The notes beneath the pieces were generated by a model. That model searched no databases. It was not told the DNA's origin and was given only the letters and a program-made list of their open reading frames with translations. Below are positions 38,091 through 51,617 of a stretch of DNA of 64,000 bases, piece by piece. A program made the translations under genes and the position numbers. This DNA comes from Octopus bimaculoides (lineage: Eukaryota): positions 186,366,158 to 186,430,157 of the forward strand of contig NC_068981.1 in assembly GCF_001194135.2 (NCBI RefSeq), given 5' to 3'. The first letter of the stretch is position 1, and every line of letters starts with the position of its first letter.

Positions 38091-38305
38091 AAAAACATTT
38101 ATACATGTGTGTATCTATGTCAATATATATATATATATACTTTAATCTATAGAATATACAAGAATAGATACAAGCGCTAATTTATAATTTATAAAAACAT
38201 GTGACATATTAATAAAAATCTGTAAATGTACAAGCATCCAGATATCTGAGTACCTTACTATTTTTTCTAATATATAATTCCTGTACATCACCTCCAAACC
38301 TTCCA

Positions 38306-38441
<136 letters not shown>

Positions 38442-38446
38442 GTATT

Positions 38447-38609
38447 TCCAAATCCCTCCATCACATCGACATTGCCTGTACAGGTGCAACGGGTCCCACA
38501 TGTCAGGTGTCGAAATGGTCACAGAGCAACGTGAAATGCTTTGTTCAAGAACACAACGCAACGCCCGGTTTGGGAATCGAACTCGCAATCGTGAATGCAA
38601 TACATTAAC

Positions 38610-38614
<5 letters not shown>
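38447..38614 (-). mobile_element. tRNA-head SINE, family D
   Basis: GAGCAACGTGAAAT..TTTGTTCAAGAACACAACGC...GGGAATCGAAC; tail ACATTGCCTGTACAGGTGCA is homologous to 60541-60780. Confidence 0.82.
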
Positions 38615-38658
<44 letters not shown>

Positions 38659-39622
38659 ATATGTATATATAAACACACACACACACACACGTATATGTAT
38701 ATATGCACACACACATATATATTATGTAAGTATGTATGTCATTATTCAGATATTTTTCAAGACGTTTTACCAATAGAGAAAGAGCTGGTGTCTAACCTAG
38801 ATCCAAAGCTCTTTAATTGGAATTCCAATGATATCAACATGGCAATTTTGTATGCATGAGTGCGTACAGATTTGTAAGTTTTGTTTGACGCATGTATGCA
38901 TGCATGCATGTATGTATAGCCTTCAAGATAAAACAGATAACATCATTTCTAAAATCTGCGTGTACATTTCCCTCTGCTTAAAACATACTTTGCTTAACTC
39001 ACCAGAAAGTATATTTTAATTAACGTAGCTTATAACTAGAACCAGCATCTCCTAAAAGTGACAGTCAAATATTCTTCAAATCACATTTAACCTCACAGCT
39101 TCAGACACTGCGGACGCATTAAATAATGTTGGCCTACAGGCATTGTTTGACACAATGCATAATGGTCACTAACAGAACGTCTTTGATCGTATCATATTTC
39201 TGCTCAATGAAGAGAAGGGTTGCAGCAAAATACCATCAAACTCATTACAGATGCGTCCCTTGTTTGTTATGAGTTTTGTAAAATATGACTTGCATCAATA
39301 AAATCAATAGCTCTGATATATTTGTACTTCGTATCTGTAAATAAAAATCGTACTGTCACTATTTCCATGTATCAATGTGTTTAAATACTGTTAATTTACA
39401 AATTTATGAGGCTCCTGGTTGTATCTCTAACGATGTCCAATCGTTTGAATATATTTGGCTTGCAATAAAATGTTATTCACTAAAAGTTGAAGGCTGGGAG
39501 AAAATGATTTTCATAAAAGTTTGCCGCAAATGCTCAGACATCAAAGCGAACGGCATCATCTCTCTTCATTCATACATTACTTTTCGAAACTGCAGTTAAC
39601 AAAACTTCCAGAGAAAGCCATT

Positions 39623-39661
<39 letters not shown>

Positions 39662-40160
39662 NNNNNNNNNNNNNNNNNNNNNNNNNNNNNNNNNNNNNNN
39701 NNNNNNNNNNNNNNNNNNNNNNNNNNNNNNNNNNNNNNNNNNNNNNNNNNNNNNNNNNNNNNNNNNNNNNNNNNNNNNNNNNNNNNNNNNNNNNNNNNNN
39801 NNNNNNNNNNNNNNNNNNNNNNNNNNNNNNNNNNNNNNNNNNNNNNNNNNNNNNNNNNNNNNNNNNNNNNNNNNNNNNNNNNNNNNNNNNNNNNNNNNNN
39901 NNNNNNNNNNNNNNNNNNNNNNNNNNNNNNNNNNNNNNNNNNNNNNNNNNNNNNNNNNNNNNNNNNNNNNNNNNNNNNNNNNNNNNNNNNNNNNNNNNNN
40001 NNNNNNNNNNNNNNNNNNNNNNNNNNNNNNNNNNNNNNNNNNNNNNNNNNNNNNNNNNNNNNNNNNNNNNNNNNNNNNNNNNNNNNNNNNNNNNNNNNNN
40101 NNNNNNNNNNNNNNNNNNNNNNNNNNNNNNNNNNNNNNNNNNNNNNNNNNNNNNNNNNNN

Positions 40161-40205
<45 letters not shown>

Positions 40206-41849
40206 CATAAATATAGAATCTAAAACCGTTCAAAGAATCGTTCTCGTTTCCATGTTGCAGCTTTGGGTTAAAATTGGAATTGCTCGCAATGCGTTACTAA
40301 TAATCTTGAAAAGATTATGAACATCACGATTTCATTTTCTAAAAGACATCTAACAATATATTATAGTATTATCGTTTATACAATCCACTCATGTTTTAAA
40401 GAGGTTATGTATGTTGTTGACGATCAGTAGAGTAGGAACAAATTTTCGACTGAACCGAGTAGTCAATGTGATCTAGGTTCTTTGATGAACTAATTTCCGT
40501 TGACTTATGTTCTTAATCTTCCCCTTTCTTGTGAATATTTCTCCATTCTAAATTCTCAGGATTCTGTGCCTAGTTATAACGAATCAATATTACCCAAACT
40601 AAGTTCAGCTTTACTGATGTGTATTTGTTTATAATCATAAGTGTCTATGAGCAAAGAATTAAGCATTTCACTTCTAGCACAATAAGTAATTTTGAAGGAT
40701 ATATTAAAAATTCTCCTTTTCTTCTTTATCAGTGATTTTATATATATATATATATATATGCGTGCGTGTGTGTGTGTGTGAGTGTCTCTGTGTGTATGTA
40801 GGTATGTATGTATATGGATGTATATATATATATACATATATATATGTATATATATGTATATATGTATATATATATGTATATATATATATATGTATATATG
40901 TATATATATGTATATATGTATATATTTATATATATATATGTATATATGTATATATATATATATATATACCTACATATGTATATATATATGTATATATATA
41001 TGNNNNNNNNNNNNNNNNNNNNNNNNNNNNNNNNNNNNNNNNNNNNNNNNNNNNNNNNNNNNNNNNNNNNNNNNNNNNNNNNNNNNNNNNNNNNNNNNNN
41101 NNNNNNNNNNNNNNNNNNNNNNNNNNNNNNNNNNNNNNNNNNNNNNNNNNNNNNNNNNNNNNNNNNNNNNNNNNNNNNNNNNNNNNNNNNNNNNNNNNNN
41201 NNNNNNNNNNNNNNNNNNNNNNNNNNNNNNNNNNNNNNNNNNNNNNNNNNNNNNNNNNNNNNNNNNNNNNNNNNNNNNNNNNNNNNNNNNNNNNNNNNNN
41301 NNNNNNNNNNNNNNNNNNNNNNNNNNNNNNNNNNNNNNNNNNNNNNNNNNNNNNNNNNNNNNNNNNNNNNNNNNNNNNNNNNNNNNNNNNNNNNNNNNNN
41401 NNNNNNNNNNNNNNNNNNNNNNNNNNNNNNNNNNNNNNNNNNNNNNNNNNNNNNNNNNNNNNNNNNNNNNNNNNNNNNNNNNNNNNNNNNNNNNNNNNNN
41501 NNNNNNNNNNNNNNNNNNNNNNNNNNNNNNNNNNNNNNNNNNNNNNNNNNNNNNNNNNNNNNNNNNNNNNNNNNNNNNNNNNNNNNNNNNNNNNNNNNNN
41601 NNNNNNNNNNNNNNNNNNNNNNNNNNNNNNNNNNNNNNNNNNNNNNNNNNNNNNNNNNNNNNNNNNNNNNNNNNNNNNNNNNNNNNNNNNNNNNNNNNNN
41701 NNNNNNNNNNNNNNNNNNNNATATATATATATATATATATGTGTGTGTGTATATGTATATATACATATGTATGTATATGTATGTATTTATATGTATTTAT
41801 ATATACGTAAGTATATGTATGTATATATAAGTATGTATATGTAAATTTA

Positions 41850-42041
41850 TTCTTTTTTTCTTTGTTTTGTTTCAATCATTTGACTGCGGCCATGCTGGAG
41901 CACCGCCTTTAGTCGAACAATTCGGCTCCGGGATTTATTCTTTGTAAGCCTAGTTAGTACTTATTCTATCGGTTTTTTTACCGAACCGCAATGTTGCGGG
42001 GACGTAAACTCACCAACATCGGTTGTCAAGGAATGGGGGGT

Positions 42042-42116
<75 letters not shown>

Positions 42117-42274
42117 GACGGGCTTCTTTCAGTTTCTGTCTACCGAATCCACTCACAATACCTTGGTCATCCCGAGGCTATACTAGAAGATACCTGACCA
42201 AGTTACTACGCAGTGAGACTGAACTCGGAACCAAGTGGTTGCTAAGCAAGCAACCTACCTCACAGCCACTCCTA
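41850..42274 (-). mobile_element. SINE family A, full length with expanded internal microsatellite
   Basis: Collinear reverse complement of 50849-51254; internal (CA)n(TA)n at 42044-42114. Confidence 0.92.
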
Positions 42275-42300
42275 TATATTTATCCTTATATATACATATG

Positions 42301-42343
<43 letters not shown>

Positions 42344-42699
42344 ATATATGTGTGTGTATACACATATGTATGTGTTTATATATATTTATTGCTTAGGCAT
42401 TGCGAGGCCAATAACCCGATGTAGAACTCAATATTTGTAATTTCAGAACGAAGTGTGGGCTGAATATAGAGCCGTATTATGAAAGGGATATAACAAAAGA
42501 ATAATAATTATCTCATGAACTTCATTAGATTACGGTGGTTTCTGAATAGTTGAGTACCTAAATGTGTGAACATGTCTCTGCGTGTCTGCGACTTGGGTTT
42601 TTATACATGTGTTTCTTTCTGTATGTGTCAGTGCTTGCGTGCACGCACACACACACATGTATATATATAAATATATATATATATAATTAAAGAGGAGAA

Positions 42700-43195
42700 A
42701 ACAAATTCAAAGGCCGATGTATATATTCATTCAATCCGTGTTAACGAAATTCTCCATGGCATACAAAGTGCATGCATAGATGCATTCATCTATATGATAT
42801 ATAAAAATTTATAAATATATAAAATTCATACACATATAAATGTTTACAAACGCATAAAGTCATAAATGTACATATATACAAAAAAAGTGTAAGTCCATAA
42901 ATGTATTTGCGAAGTACGAATGAAAAGGATAAATTAGGCGGAGGTAAACTGATTCATAAGGAGTCTGGAACATGTATAAAGTTTGTGTCGTAATACATTT
43001 TAACTTCATATGTCTGAAGAGAGTGGTCCGATCAAGCATTCGATCTTTTATATTATTTAACCACCATTTCTTTAAAAATTTTAACTTTGTGATTCTATTA
43101 ACTCTGATGAGAGAAATATAGAATATTGCTATGGTTGAAGGTAGCTGGCCCATAGCAACTTATATCCTTTCGAAACGGCCGTAAACATACATTCC
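42700..43195. mobile_element. Penelope-like terminal repeat with internal inversion
   Basis: 42700-42995 lies in the same orientation as 37719-38000, whereas the hammerhead at 43098-43190 is in the opposite orientation. Confidence 0.5.
43098..43190 (+). ncRNA. Hammerhead-like motif with long helix II and ACGGCCGU helix III, GUA site
   Basis: CUGAUGA 43104-43110; G43111-C43171 closing pair; 9-bp UUGCUAUGG/CCAUAGCAA in helix II; GAA 43172-43174; ACGGCCGU 43175-43182; A43183. Helix I is weak in this copy. Confidence 0.65.
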
Positions 43196-43210
43196 TATAT
43201 GAATATAGGT

Positions 43211-43214
43211 GTGT

Positions 43215-43256
<42 letters not shown>

Positions 43257-43305
43257 GTGAGAGAGTGAGAGAGAGAGAGAGAGTGGGAGAGAGAGATAGA
43301 GAGAG
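43211..43305. repeat. (GA)n microsatellite
   Basis: Direct reading. Confidence 0.95.
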
Positions 43306-44557
43306 CGAGAACAAACTATTTTGGCTAGAATATCCAAATTAAAGGAAAATGTGACTTGTATGCTTTATAATCACTTCATAAATTTTTGTCAAAGATGTTA
43401 GGTGACTTTAGTAAAACTGTCCTTAGAAGGCCTCGAGAGTGAATATTGATTTGTGCTTAGCGAGGATTTAGTGTCACTTTCGACGAGATACTCACTCGAT
43501 GGTCAATGTTATTGCCAATATTATGAACACGATATAGAATCTGTTCATAAGTGATACCTTTTTATCGCTGTCAGACTTGTTATCAAGAGAATTTATAATA
43601 AATTATTGTTTTGTTCACGTTGATAGTTCCTTGCCATTTAAAGAACGCCATAGATAAATAAATATTAAAATATAGTAGTCATTTCTTATAATATCTGTAA
43701 AAAGATTACTAGAATTACATGATTTGCTGTTAATATATTTTTTAAATCAGAGCATCTCGGAAAATGTTATGTATTATGTCAGAAAATGTTGGCATTAATA
43801 TTCATTGCTTTCAGTTTAGATGAAGAAAATTGGTAGGAATTGAAATCTTACTCTTTTCTGACTTTTCAATTAAATTTCTCATCTTCTCCTCAACTTTTTC
43901 TTATCAACATCTATTTCTAACGGTTCTGTTTTTTTTTTTTTTTTAAATCCGGAATCAGTTTTTCGCTTACCGCAAGAGAACGCGAAAAGAGTGAGGAAAT
44001 ATTCTTCATTGAGCATTTTTCTTTGAGATTCATGAACCTATTTCTATGCAATTGAATGAGAGGCATAATGAAACTGGTGAATAGAAAGGAAGAAAACTAG
44101 GAAATACTATATTTTCACCCAATCATGTTTATTCAATCACGTTTAGCCATGTTTGCTCTAACAGAAAACCTGAACAATGTTGAATAAACATATTTCAAAA
44201 ATTTTTTGAAATAATTCTAATACGGTTCAGATGTGTACAGCAGTAGCTTGTGAAATAGAAAATTATTTACTATTTTGTTTTATTCTCATATCCAATATAA
44301 TTACACACTGGTATGAAATGTTAAAACTACATATTTGCTTTAGACGGATTTTTATTTCGACCACAGATAAAATATTACAAGAAAATTTAATAAATGCTGA
44401 ATTCAAAATTCAATATTTTAAACTTTTAAAATATTATATCATTTAAAACGTGTAATGCTGAATCCATGCACTCAGTGTTTGTTCTATCTAGTCTTACTTA
44501 TATTGAAGTTTTCAAAAGTAAAGTCTTCGAGTTTATAATATCATAACAAAATATCAT

Positions 44558-44725
44558 TGTGTGTATACAATACTGCATCAGAATTCTTTTATGGCATGTG
44601 TACAATATCAAAATTATATTGTGTGTCTACAATACTATTTCAAAATTATTTTATAGGATATGTACAATATCGTATCAAATGTATTTTATTTTGTGTATAC
44701 AACAACATATCGAAATATTTTATTC
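44558..44725. repeat. AT-rich minisatellite, five ~27-36-bp units
   Basis: Recurrent TGTGTA/GTACAATA...TCAAAAT/GAAAT...TTTTAT units. Confidence 0.75.
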
Positions 44726-47190
44726 TCTTTCTCTCAATAATCTTTCACTGACATATTAGAATAATTTTATCCTACCAATATAGATATGGGGTAAACAAGA
44801 CAGTTCACTTTCATATCAAAATTTTATTATTTTCTAATGTTTCCTCCTAAATGTCAAGTGTTTGTTATTAGTTATTTATATTATTTCATTGTCTTTCTTA
44901 TTGCTTGTCACTTCGTAGTTTAGAATAAAGAAATTCTGTCTGCGCTTCTAATTTTCTAGTTTGCCTTAGAGCTTCTAACTGAGAATCTTCAGAAAATCCT
45001 ATATATTATACAATAGTAATTTATCTTAAAGTTTACAAATGTGTATTGAGAAGGAAATAAACAAAGAAAATAGCCTTTGGTTAAAAATAAAAAATTAAAA
45101 AATGACAAGATGCTTCAGGCGATATAAACAATTTGAAATTATAATGATAATTTACAAGTAAAGAAAAGTTTTCAAATCATAATAAAAATATCTGAGATAA
45201 TTATTAATCATGGCTTTGCCTCAGCCATTTTCTTTCATTTAGGTAAATTAGTAATCACAATCTTGCCTCCAACAGATTTAAATTCGACAATAGATATCTG
45301 AAGTAAGACAAATAATATGAAGACATACAATATTGTGACTATGAGAGCATATTATTATATCCTCCATTTATAGTTTCACATCCACATCAAATAAATTTTC
45401 GAACTAATTTTCTTTGGATTAAAATAATTTTGAAAGCAAATGCAACATGCGATGCTGTGTGATTTAGAATTTCGATTCACAACCAAGTGGTTATGGGTTG
45501 CATTTTTTTTAATACAACCATAGAACACTATATAGTGGCTTGTAATTTATTAAAATTGATTTACAAAAGTATCGTTAATTCTATTATTATCCAATGTAAC
45601 TATTTTAAGAATGGTAATAACAGAATCAATGTTACAGGCGACAGCAGGCCAAAAAATAGCGTTAAATAGCCGAGGGATTCAAATTAAGGCGCGTAGGACA
45701 TGAAATGTTAGTAGCAGTATCTGATGAGCTTCTTGTATTTCGTTAAATGAATGTCTATAATGCGCCCATGGAACTTTAAGTTATTTAAAGCAGAATGAAA
45801 CTGTTAATAAATATGCAAATGGTGACCGGCTACGTTATACATATATGTACGTAGCTGCACAACAAATAGAAGTGATAAAATATATGCAAGTCGAAGATAA
45901 ATACGCGGAAATATGTACCTAGAGACCACTGATGGATAATGCCCCAGTAGAGTCGCAATCCTATGGTAGAAACTCACAAAATGAATTGAGTTAAATACTC
46001 ACTTTTAGAATAAAAATTAGGGTTTAAATATTGCATTCTTCAACAGTTGGAAACATTACTAAATTCGTAAACAGTACATGTTAATCCCATTTCAACACCA
46101 AGCATTATTTATTAACCATGAAGCTGCTCTAAATATTTCAATAAATTTTGAAACATTCAGAAATTAAACTAGTTACAAGTTTTATAACCTGACAATCTGA
46201 TGGAAGGGAAACGAAGACGTTACTTTAGTATTATTTTTCATCGTGGTTTCAACATTTTACGGCTTTTTAATATTTAATTTATTTGGGATATTTCAGTCTT
46301 TAGATATTTCATTTCCCATATCAGAATATTGAATTCCGATAGTTCATCCTCTCGTTCCATGATCTGGTATTTACATATCTCTCAATACGCTATTAACTAA
46401 ATACTTTTAATTATTTAGTAGCGATAATGGTCATTATTTAACTGTTGCTAGCTGGATTATCAATATCCTTGATTATCCTTGGGAAAGAATCATTCTCTAA
46501 GCTGGATAGCTAGAGAAACTGAGGTGATCCACAGGAGAGCTTTGTAATAAATATTGTAGATCGATTTGCAGATATTGGCAGGAGATAATATGTGGCATTT
46601 CAAGATCAGTAGATAAAACACGGAGGATGGCTGAATGGAAGAAGAAGGACAAACGGAGGTGGGGGAGGATGGAAGGATGAGAATACGAAGCAAAGACGAA
46701 AAGAGGGAAAAGAAATATGAGTGGAAAATGAAGCAGATTAGGAAAATCGGGCGAGAGAAGATGGAGAAATATGAAGAAGATGGAGAAAGTAGCTGTCAAA
46801 TCATTTAATGTACACTATTATAGATACACACACACACACACACGCACACACACACATACACACACGCACGCACACACACACACACACAAACGCATATATA
46901 TAATGTAGTTAACATGGCTAATGTTTCTTCTACAGAAGGGTATGCTGCGTAACTCACCCTAGTGGTGGGGAGGGTTCAAATTTCTAATACCGCTAGAAAT
47001 GATTACCTCCCTTCTATTAACTGTCCACTAGGGGACTCCAGTCATTTATAACATCTCACAAAATATTGTACATATCGTTTATAATTCTTTCATCCATATC
47101 TGAGCAAGTCCTATGAAGTACAGCTTCACTGAGGAGGACTAATAAGGTTCACCACTTGTACAAAGTTGGTTTCCATAAATATAGGAATCT

Positions 47191-47327
47191 GTAGCCGCAG
47201 GCGTGGCTTATAGGTGCAGGTATATGTGGTAAAAAGCATGCTTCCCAACCACCTTGCTATAGCTTCGGGCTGACCAAAGCCTTCTGAGTACGTTTGGCAG
47301 AAGGAAACTGGAAGACGCTCATTGTAC
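47191..47327 (+). mobile_element. SINE family A, 5' half with internal deletion
   Basis: TGTGGTAAAAAGCATGCTTCCCAACCAC...CTATAGCTTCGGGCTGACCAAAGCCTT...GGAAACTG. Confidence 0.8.
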
Positions 47328-47732
47328 ACAAACACACCCTCACACACACACGCACACACACACGCACACACATTGTATTGTGGTAATAACTACCATTATC
47401 ATTACTACTCAGAGTTATTTCCACCATCATGCCAGCCAGTCGAAAACGAGGCTTTGGAATGATATTTAAACATGGCTGACTCCTGATCAGGAAGCTTCAC
47501 GACTAAAACAGTTAATGACAGACACCATACCCTTCGTTGTTAGAAGAGCAAAGCCTATTCACAGACCGTCATTTCCGGTCTTCTGCATACAACAATTTCA
47601 CCGGTTCAATAACCAGGATTACTACATGTATAACAAATAATAAATGAGTACACGCATATATACGTACAAGTATGTGCATACCTACATCTACCTGTATATA
47701 TAGGTGCATATCTGGGTACAGGACTGGGTGGA

Positions 47733-47885
47733 AGGTCTGTGTTTGTCTATCGCCCCCGCTTGACAACCTATGATGATGTGTTTAAGTTTTTGTAACATAG
47801 CGGCTCGGCAAAAGTTAACAGATAAAATAAGAGCCAGGTTTCCAAAAAGAGATGTAAATGCTAGGATTCGATTCCTTCGTCTATA
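47733..47885 (+). mobile_element. SINE family A, 3' half
   Basis: TGTGTTTGTC...CGCTTGACAACC...TAACATAGCGGCTCGGCAAAAG. Confidence 0.8.
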
Positions 47886-47909
47886 AATTGCTCATGTATA
47901 AAATAGCAC

Positions 47910-47992
47910 GGTTGTCCTTTACCGAACCGCTAAGTTGCAGGGATGTAAACACACCAAAACCGGTTGTCAAGCGATGGGGGGAGACAAACAAG
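47910..47992 (-). mobile_element. SINE family A fragment, inverted relative to 47733-47885
   Basis: CCGAACCGCTAAGTTGCAGGGATGTAAACACACCAAAACCGGTTGTCAAGCGATGGGGGGAGACAAAC. Confidence 0.85.
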
Positions 47993-48760
47993 CAAAAGTT
48001 AAAGGAGGAAGGACGATCAAAACTCAACACTAAACCACAACAATTAAAGAAAGAACATTTAAGCAAACAAGTATTACAGATTACGTCGGAGATAACCCTG
48101 CTTTGTGATTGATCCTACACATGCCAACTTCCAAAACACCGCACGCGTACCTAAGTGAACATATGTCCGGAAAGCTTTTATGAAAATGCAAATGAAGGTA
48201 AACGATTTCGTGTCGATGCGCATTTAATTCGGTCAGGTATTATAAATGCAGGCGACTGTTTGATGTCTTTGTAATGGCATTTACCTCAGGTGTTCCGATC
48301 AGATATATTCAACCGAGGTAGAAAAATAAACAGAAAAGAGAAGAAGAAAAGATAAAATGGATGAAAGGCTTTTTATTTATTTATTTACTAAGAAGATTAT
48401 TAATAGTATAAACGAAAATTCCGCAGCAGCTAGGAGTAAAAGATTCCTCTTCCTTTCTGCAACAATAGCGTTGGGTGTGCTTGAATGTGTGTACACATAT
48501 ACATACATATATACGTATGTGTGTGTATATTCATATATTTGTATCAACACACAAACATTATATGGATGAATGAATAGCAGTGTGTGTATTTGAAAGCGTG
48601 TGTATGTGAAAAAATGTGGGTGTCTATCATATGTATACATACTGGTGTAAATAATTCATAAATATACATACATACATACATACATACATACATTCATTCA
48701 CACACACACACACACACACATATATATGATGTCGTATGCATATGGTATATGTATGTCTGA

Positions 48761-48796
<36 letters not shown>

Positions 48797-49467
48797 NNNN
48801 NNNNNNNNNNNNNNNNNNNNNNNNNNNNNNNNNNNNNNNNNNNNNNNNNNNNNNNNNNNNNNNNNNNNNNNNNNNNNNNNNNNNNNNNNNNNNNNNNNNN
48901 NNNNNNNNNNNNNNNNNNNNNNNNNNNNNNNNNNNNNNNNNNNNNNNNNNNNNNNNNNNNNNNNNNNNNNNNNNNNNNNNNNNNNNNNNNNNNNNNNNNN
49001 NNNNNNNNNNNNNNNNNNNNNNNNNNNNNNNNNNNNNNNNNNNNNNNNNNNNNNNNNNNNNNNNNNNNNNNNNTATATATATATATATATATATATATAT
49101 ACTAATGACATTATCAAACATTTTTCACTAATGGCGTATCTGATTGGCGAATTCTGGAATCATGTGTTTGTTTACACTTTTCATTTGAAGTCAATACCAA
49201 TCGCCACCAAACAAAACATGCACCATGACTGGAAGCAAAGTCAGTTGCTATAATTTAGGAAGTTGTGTTGTATTATGTTATTGTTGTTGTTCTATTAATA
49301 CGTTGCTCTGTCCACTCCTATTTATGAAGGAATATATATATATGTGTGTGTGTGTCTTTGTTTCGAATATATGTATACACACACATGCACACACGTATAT
49401 ATAATTATTGTCTTCAATTCAAACGCAAACAGAATGCTCACATAGTCTCAAAGGTGTGTGTGTGGAA

Positions 49468-49500
<33 letters not shown>

Positions 49501-49584
49501 CGGAGAGACAGACAGGAGGACAGACAGACATACGTACATTTATATATGTGTGTGTGTGTGTGTGTGCATTCATATATGCATTAG

Positions 49585-49656
49585 TAGATAGATAGACAGA
49601 CAGATAGGTAGATAGATAGACAGACAGATAGGTAGATAGATAGACAGACAGATAGG

Positions 49657-49712
<56 letters not shown>
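49585..49712. repeat. Compound GATA/GACA satellite with three exact 24-bp higher-order units
   Basis: TAGATAGATAGACAGACAGATAGG x3 (49585-49656), then (GATA)n(GACA)n. Confidence 0.92.
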
Positions 49713-50307
49713 TACATAGATACATAAATACATACATGCATACATGATAGATAGATAAACAGATAAATAGATAAGTGGAGAGGCTGACAGACAGGAAGGC
49801 AAGCAGTCAGACATACATAGATGTGGATATATACATCCATACAGAGCACGCACACACATACACCCACCCACCCACACACCTACAGACACAAGTGCAAAAT
49901 CCTGCGTACACGCTTGAATATATTGTAAATGCGTGGCTTCCTGTTTGTCTTTTCGACTGTCACCTATTCCTCGCTTCATATACGCCATTGCCATTTGACA
50001 TATCTGTGAGTTCGCATGTGTTTGTATGTATGTAACTAATCTTTACGTATGCGCAGTTTAGCATTCCTATAATGTACGCCAGATTAAGGCGATTAAAGAA
50101 CAGTTTTTCGCGTTCAGGCTCTGGAACTGTTCCAACAGTACCATTATTGATTGCATGTTGAGAGAATTACTTGCAGAGCTACTCACTCTCGTCTGCTTGA
50201 TGACTCATTTCTGCCTTCGTCAACTACTGTTTTTCTCTCGAAGTATTGATTAGAATGAAACATGAGACATATAATGAAGTGACGCGTGGGTCAGGCATAG
50301 TGGATCA

Positions 50308-50340
<33 letters not shown>

Positions 50341-50609
50341 ACGGATACACGATTGTACATATTTACAACTCATCATCTACACGCTCTCTCGCTCTCTCTC
50401 ATACACATACACACATATTTACATACACTGTACACTTACTAACGCAATTATAGGGAAGCGTAGTACATTTACAGAGAGGAGAAAAGACAGCGAATGTATG
50501 TGATACAGTTATTTGAATGAGTAAAACAGAATGTGTATATATATTATTAGAAGACATATGCTGGAAACTGCGTTGCTTTAAACAAGCTCTCATACACAGT
50601 CACATGTAC

Positions 50610-50647
<38 letters not shown>

Positions 50648-50848
50648 GTGTGTGTGTGTGTGTATGTGTGTGTGTGTGTGTGTGTCATTTAATAAACACA
50701 ATATATGATTGTCTATGCATGGAAATACATACACACACATATATATACACACATACCTAAATATATGCGTAAATATATACATACATATCTAAGTAAATAT
50801 ATTATATATATATACAGGCGTAAGTATATATATTGTATATATATAGAC

Positions 50849-51254
50849 AGGCGTAGGAGTGGCTGTGTGGTAAGTAGCTTGCTTACGAACCACATGGTTC
50901 CAGATTCAATCCCACTGCGTGTTACCTTGGGCAAGTGTCTTCTACTATAGCCTCGGGCCGACCAAAGCCTTGTGAGTGGATTTGGTAGACCGAGTATGAA
51001 AGAAGCCCATCGTATATATATATGCATATGTGTGTGTATGTGTTTGTGTGTTTGTATTTGTCCCCCCCAACATCGCTTGACAACCGATGCTGGTGTGTTA
51101 ACGTTCCCGTAACTTAGCTGTTCGGCAAAAGGGACCGATAGAATAAGTACTAGGATTACAAAGAATAAATCCTGGGGTCGATTTGCTCGACTAATGGCGG
51201 TGCTGCAGCATGGCCACAGTCAAATGACTGAAACAAGTAAAAGAGTAAAAGAAT
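50849..51254 (+). mobile_element. SINE family A, full length, best-preserved copy
   Basis: AGGCGTAGGAGTGGCTGTGTGGTAAGTAGC...CCTTGGGCAAGTGTCTT...(TA)(TG)...CAGCATGGCCACAGTCAAATGACTGAAACAAGTAAAAGAGTAAAAGA. Confidence 0.95.
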
Positions 51255-51261
51255 AAACATA

Positions 51262-51617
51262 GAAAGAGCCGGTTCTTTTACCTAGATTCAAGGCTCCTTC
51301 TCTGGAATTTCAACGTCAACAACAGGGTATTTTTATTTCTATGTATATATGTATATATGCAGATTTGTATGTTTTGGTTTATGTATGTATTCTCATGCAT
51401 ATAGTTCTACATTTAGACATGCTCATATATATTTAAATGATAAACTTCTGGAAAGTTTTACAGATTCTTATAGTTCCAGTGATGGATTGGATCTGTAGTC
51501 TTCGAATTAGCTTTCTCCTTTCTGGTATTGAGAATCCTAATTTCTGAAGATTGGTATTTAGGCAGTGTGTTACATATCCCAGGTCCCAATAATTACAGTT
51601 ATAAACCTGAACTTGTA
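51262..51617 (-). mobile_element. R4/Dong-clade LINE 3' end (restriction-like endonuclease C-terminus plus 3' UTR)
   Basis: 51617-51433 reads YKFRFITVIIG/LGYVTHCLNTNLQKLGFSIPERRKLIRRLQIQSITGTIRICKTFQKFII* (one frameshift), matching the R4-type pattern PxxIGALGxV...LxxLG...LQ...GTxxI. Confidence 0.75.

Noticed and set aside
42530-42545. Minus-strand GAAACCACCGTA resembling a hammerhead 3' half
   Set aside because: No upstream CUGANGA core, and helix III is not palindromic.
44558-44725. Repeat array considered as CRISPR
   Set aside because: Eukaryotic context, no unique spacers and no cas genes.
51476-51515. GTGATGGA...TTCGAATT as a ribozyme
   Set aside because: It lies within the R4 LINE coding strand (minus) and lacks the core.
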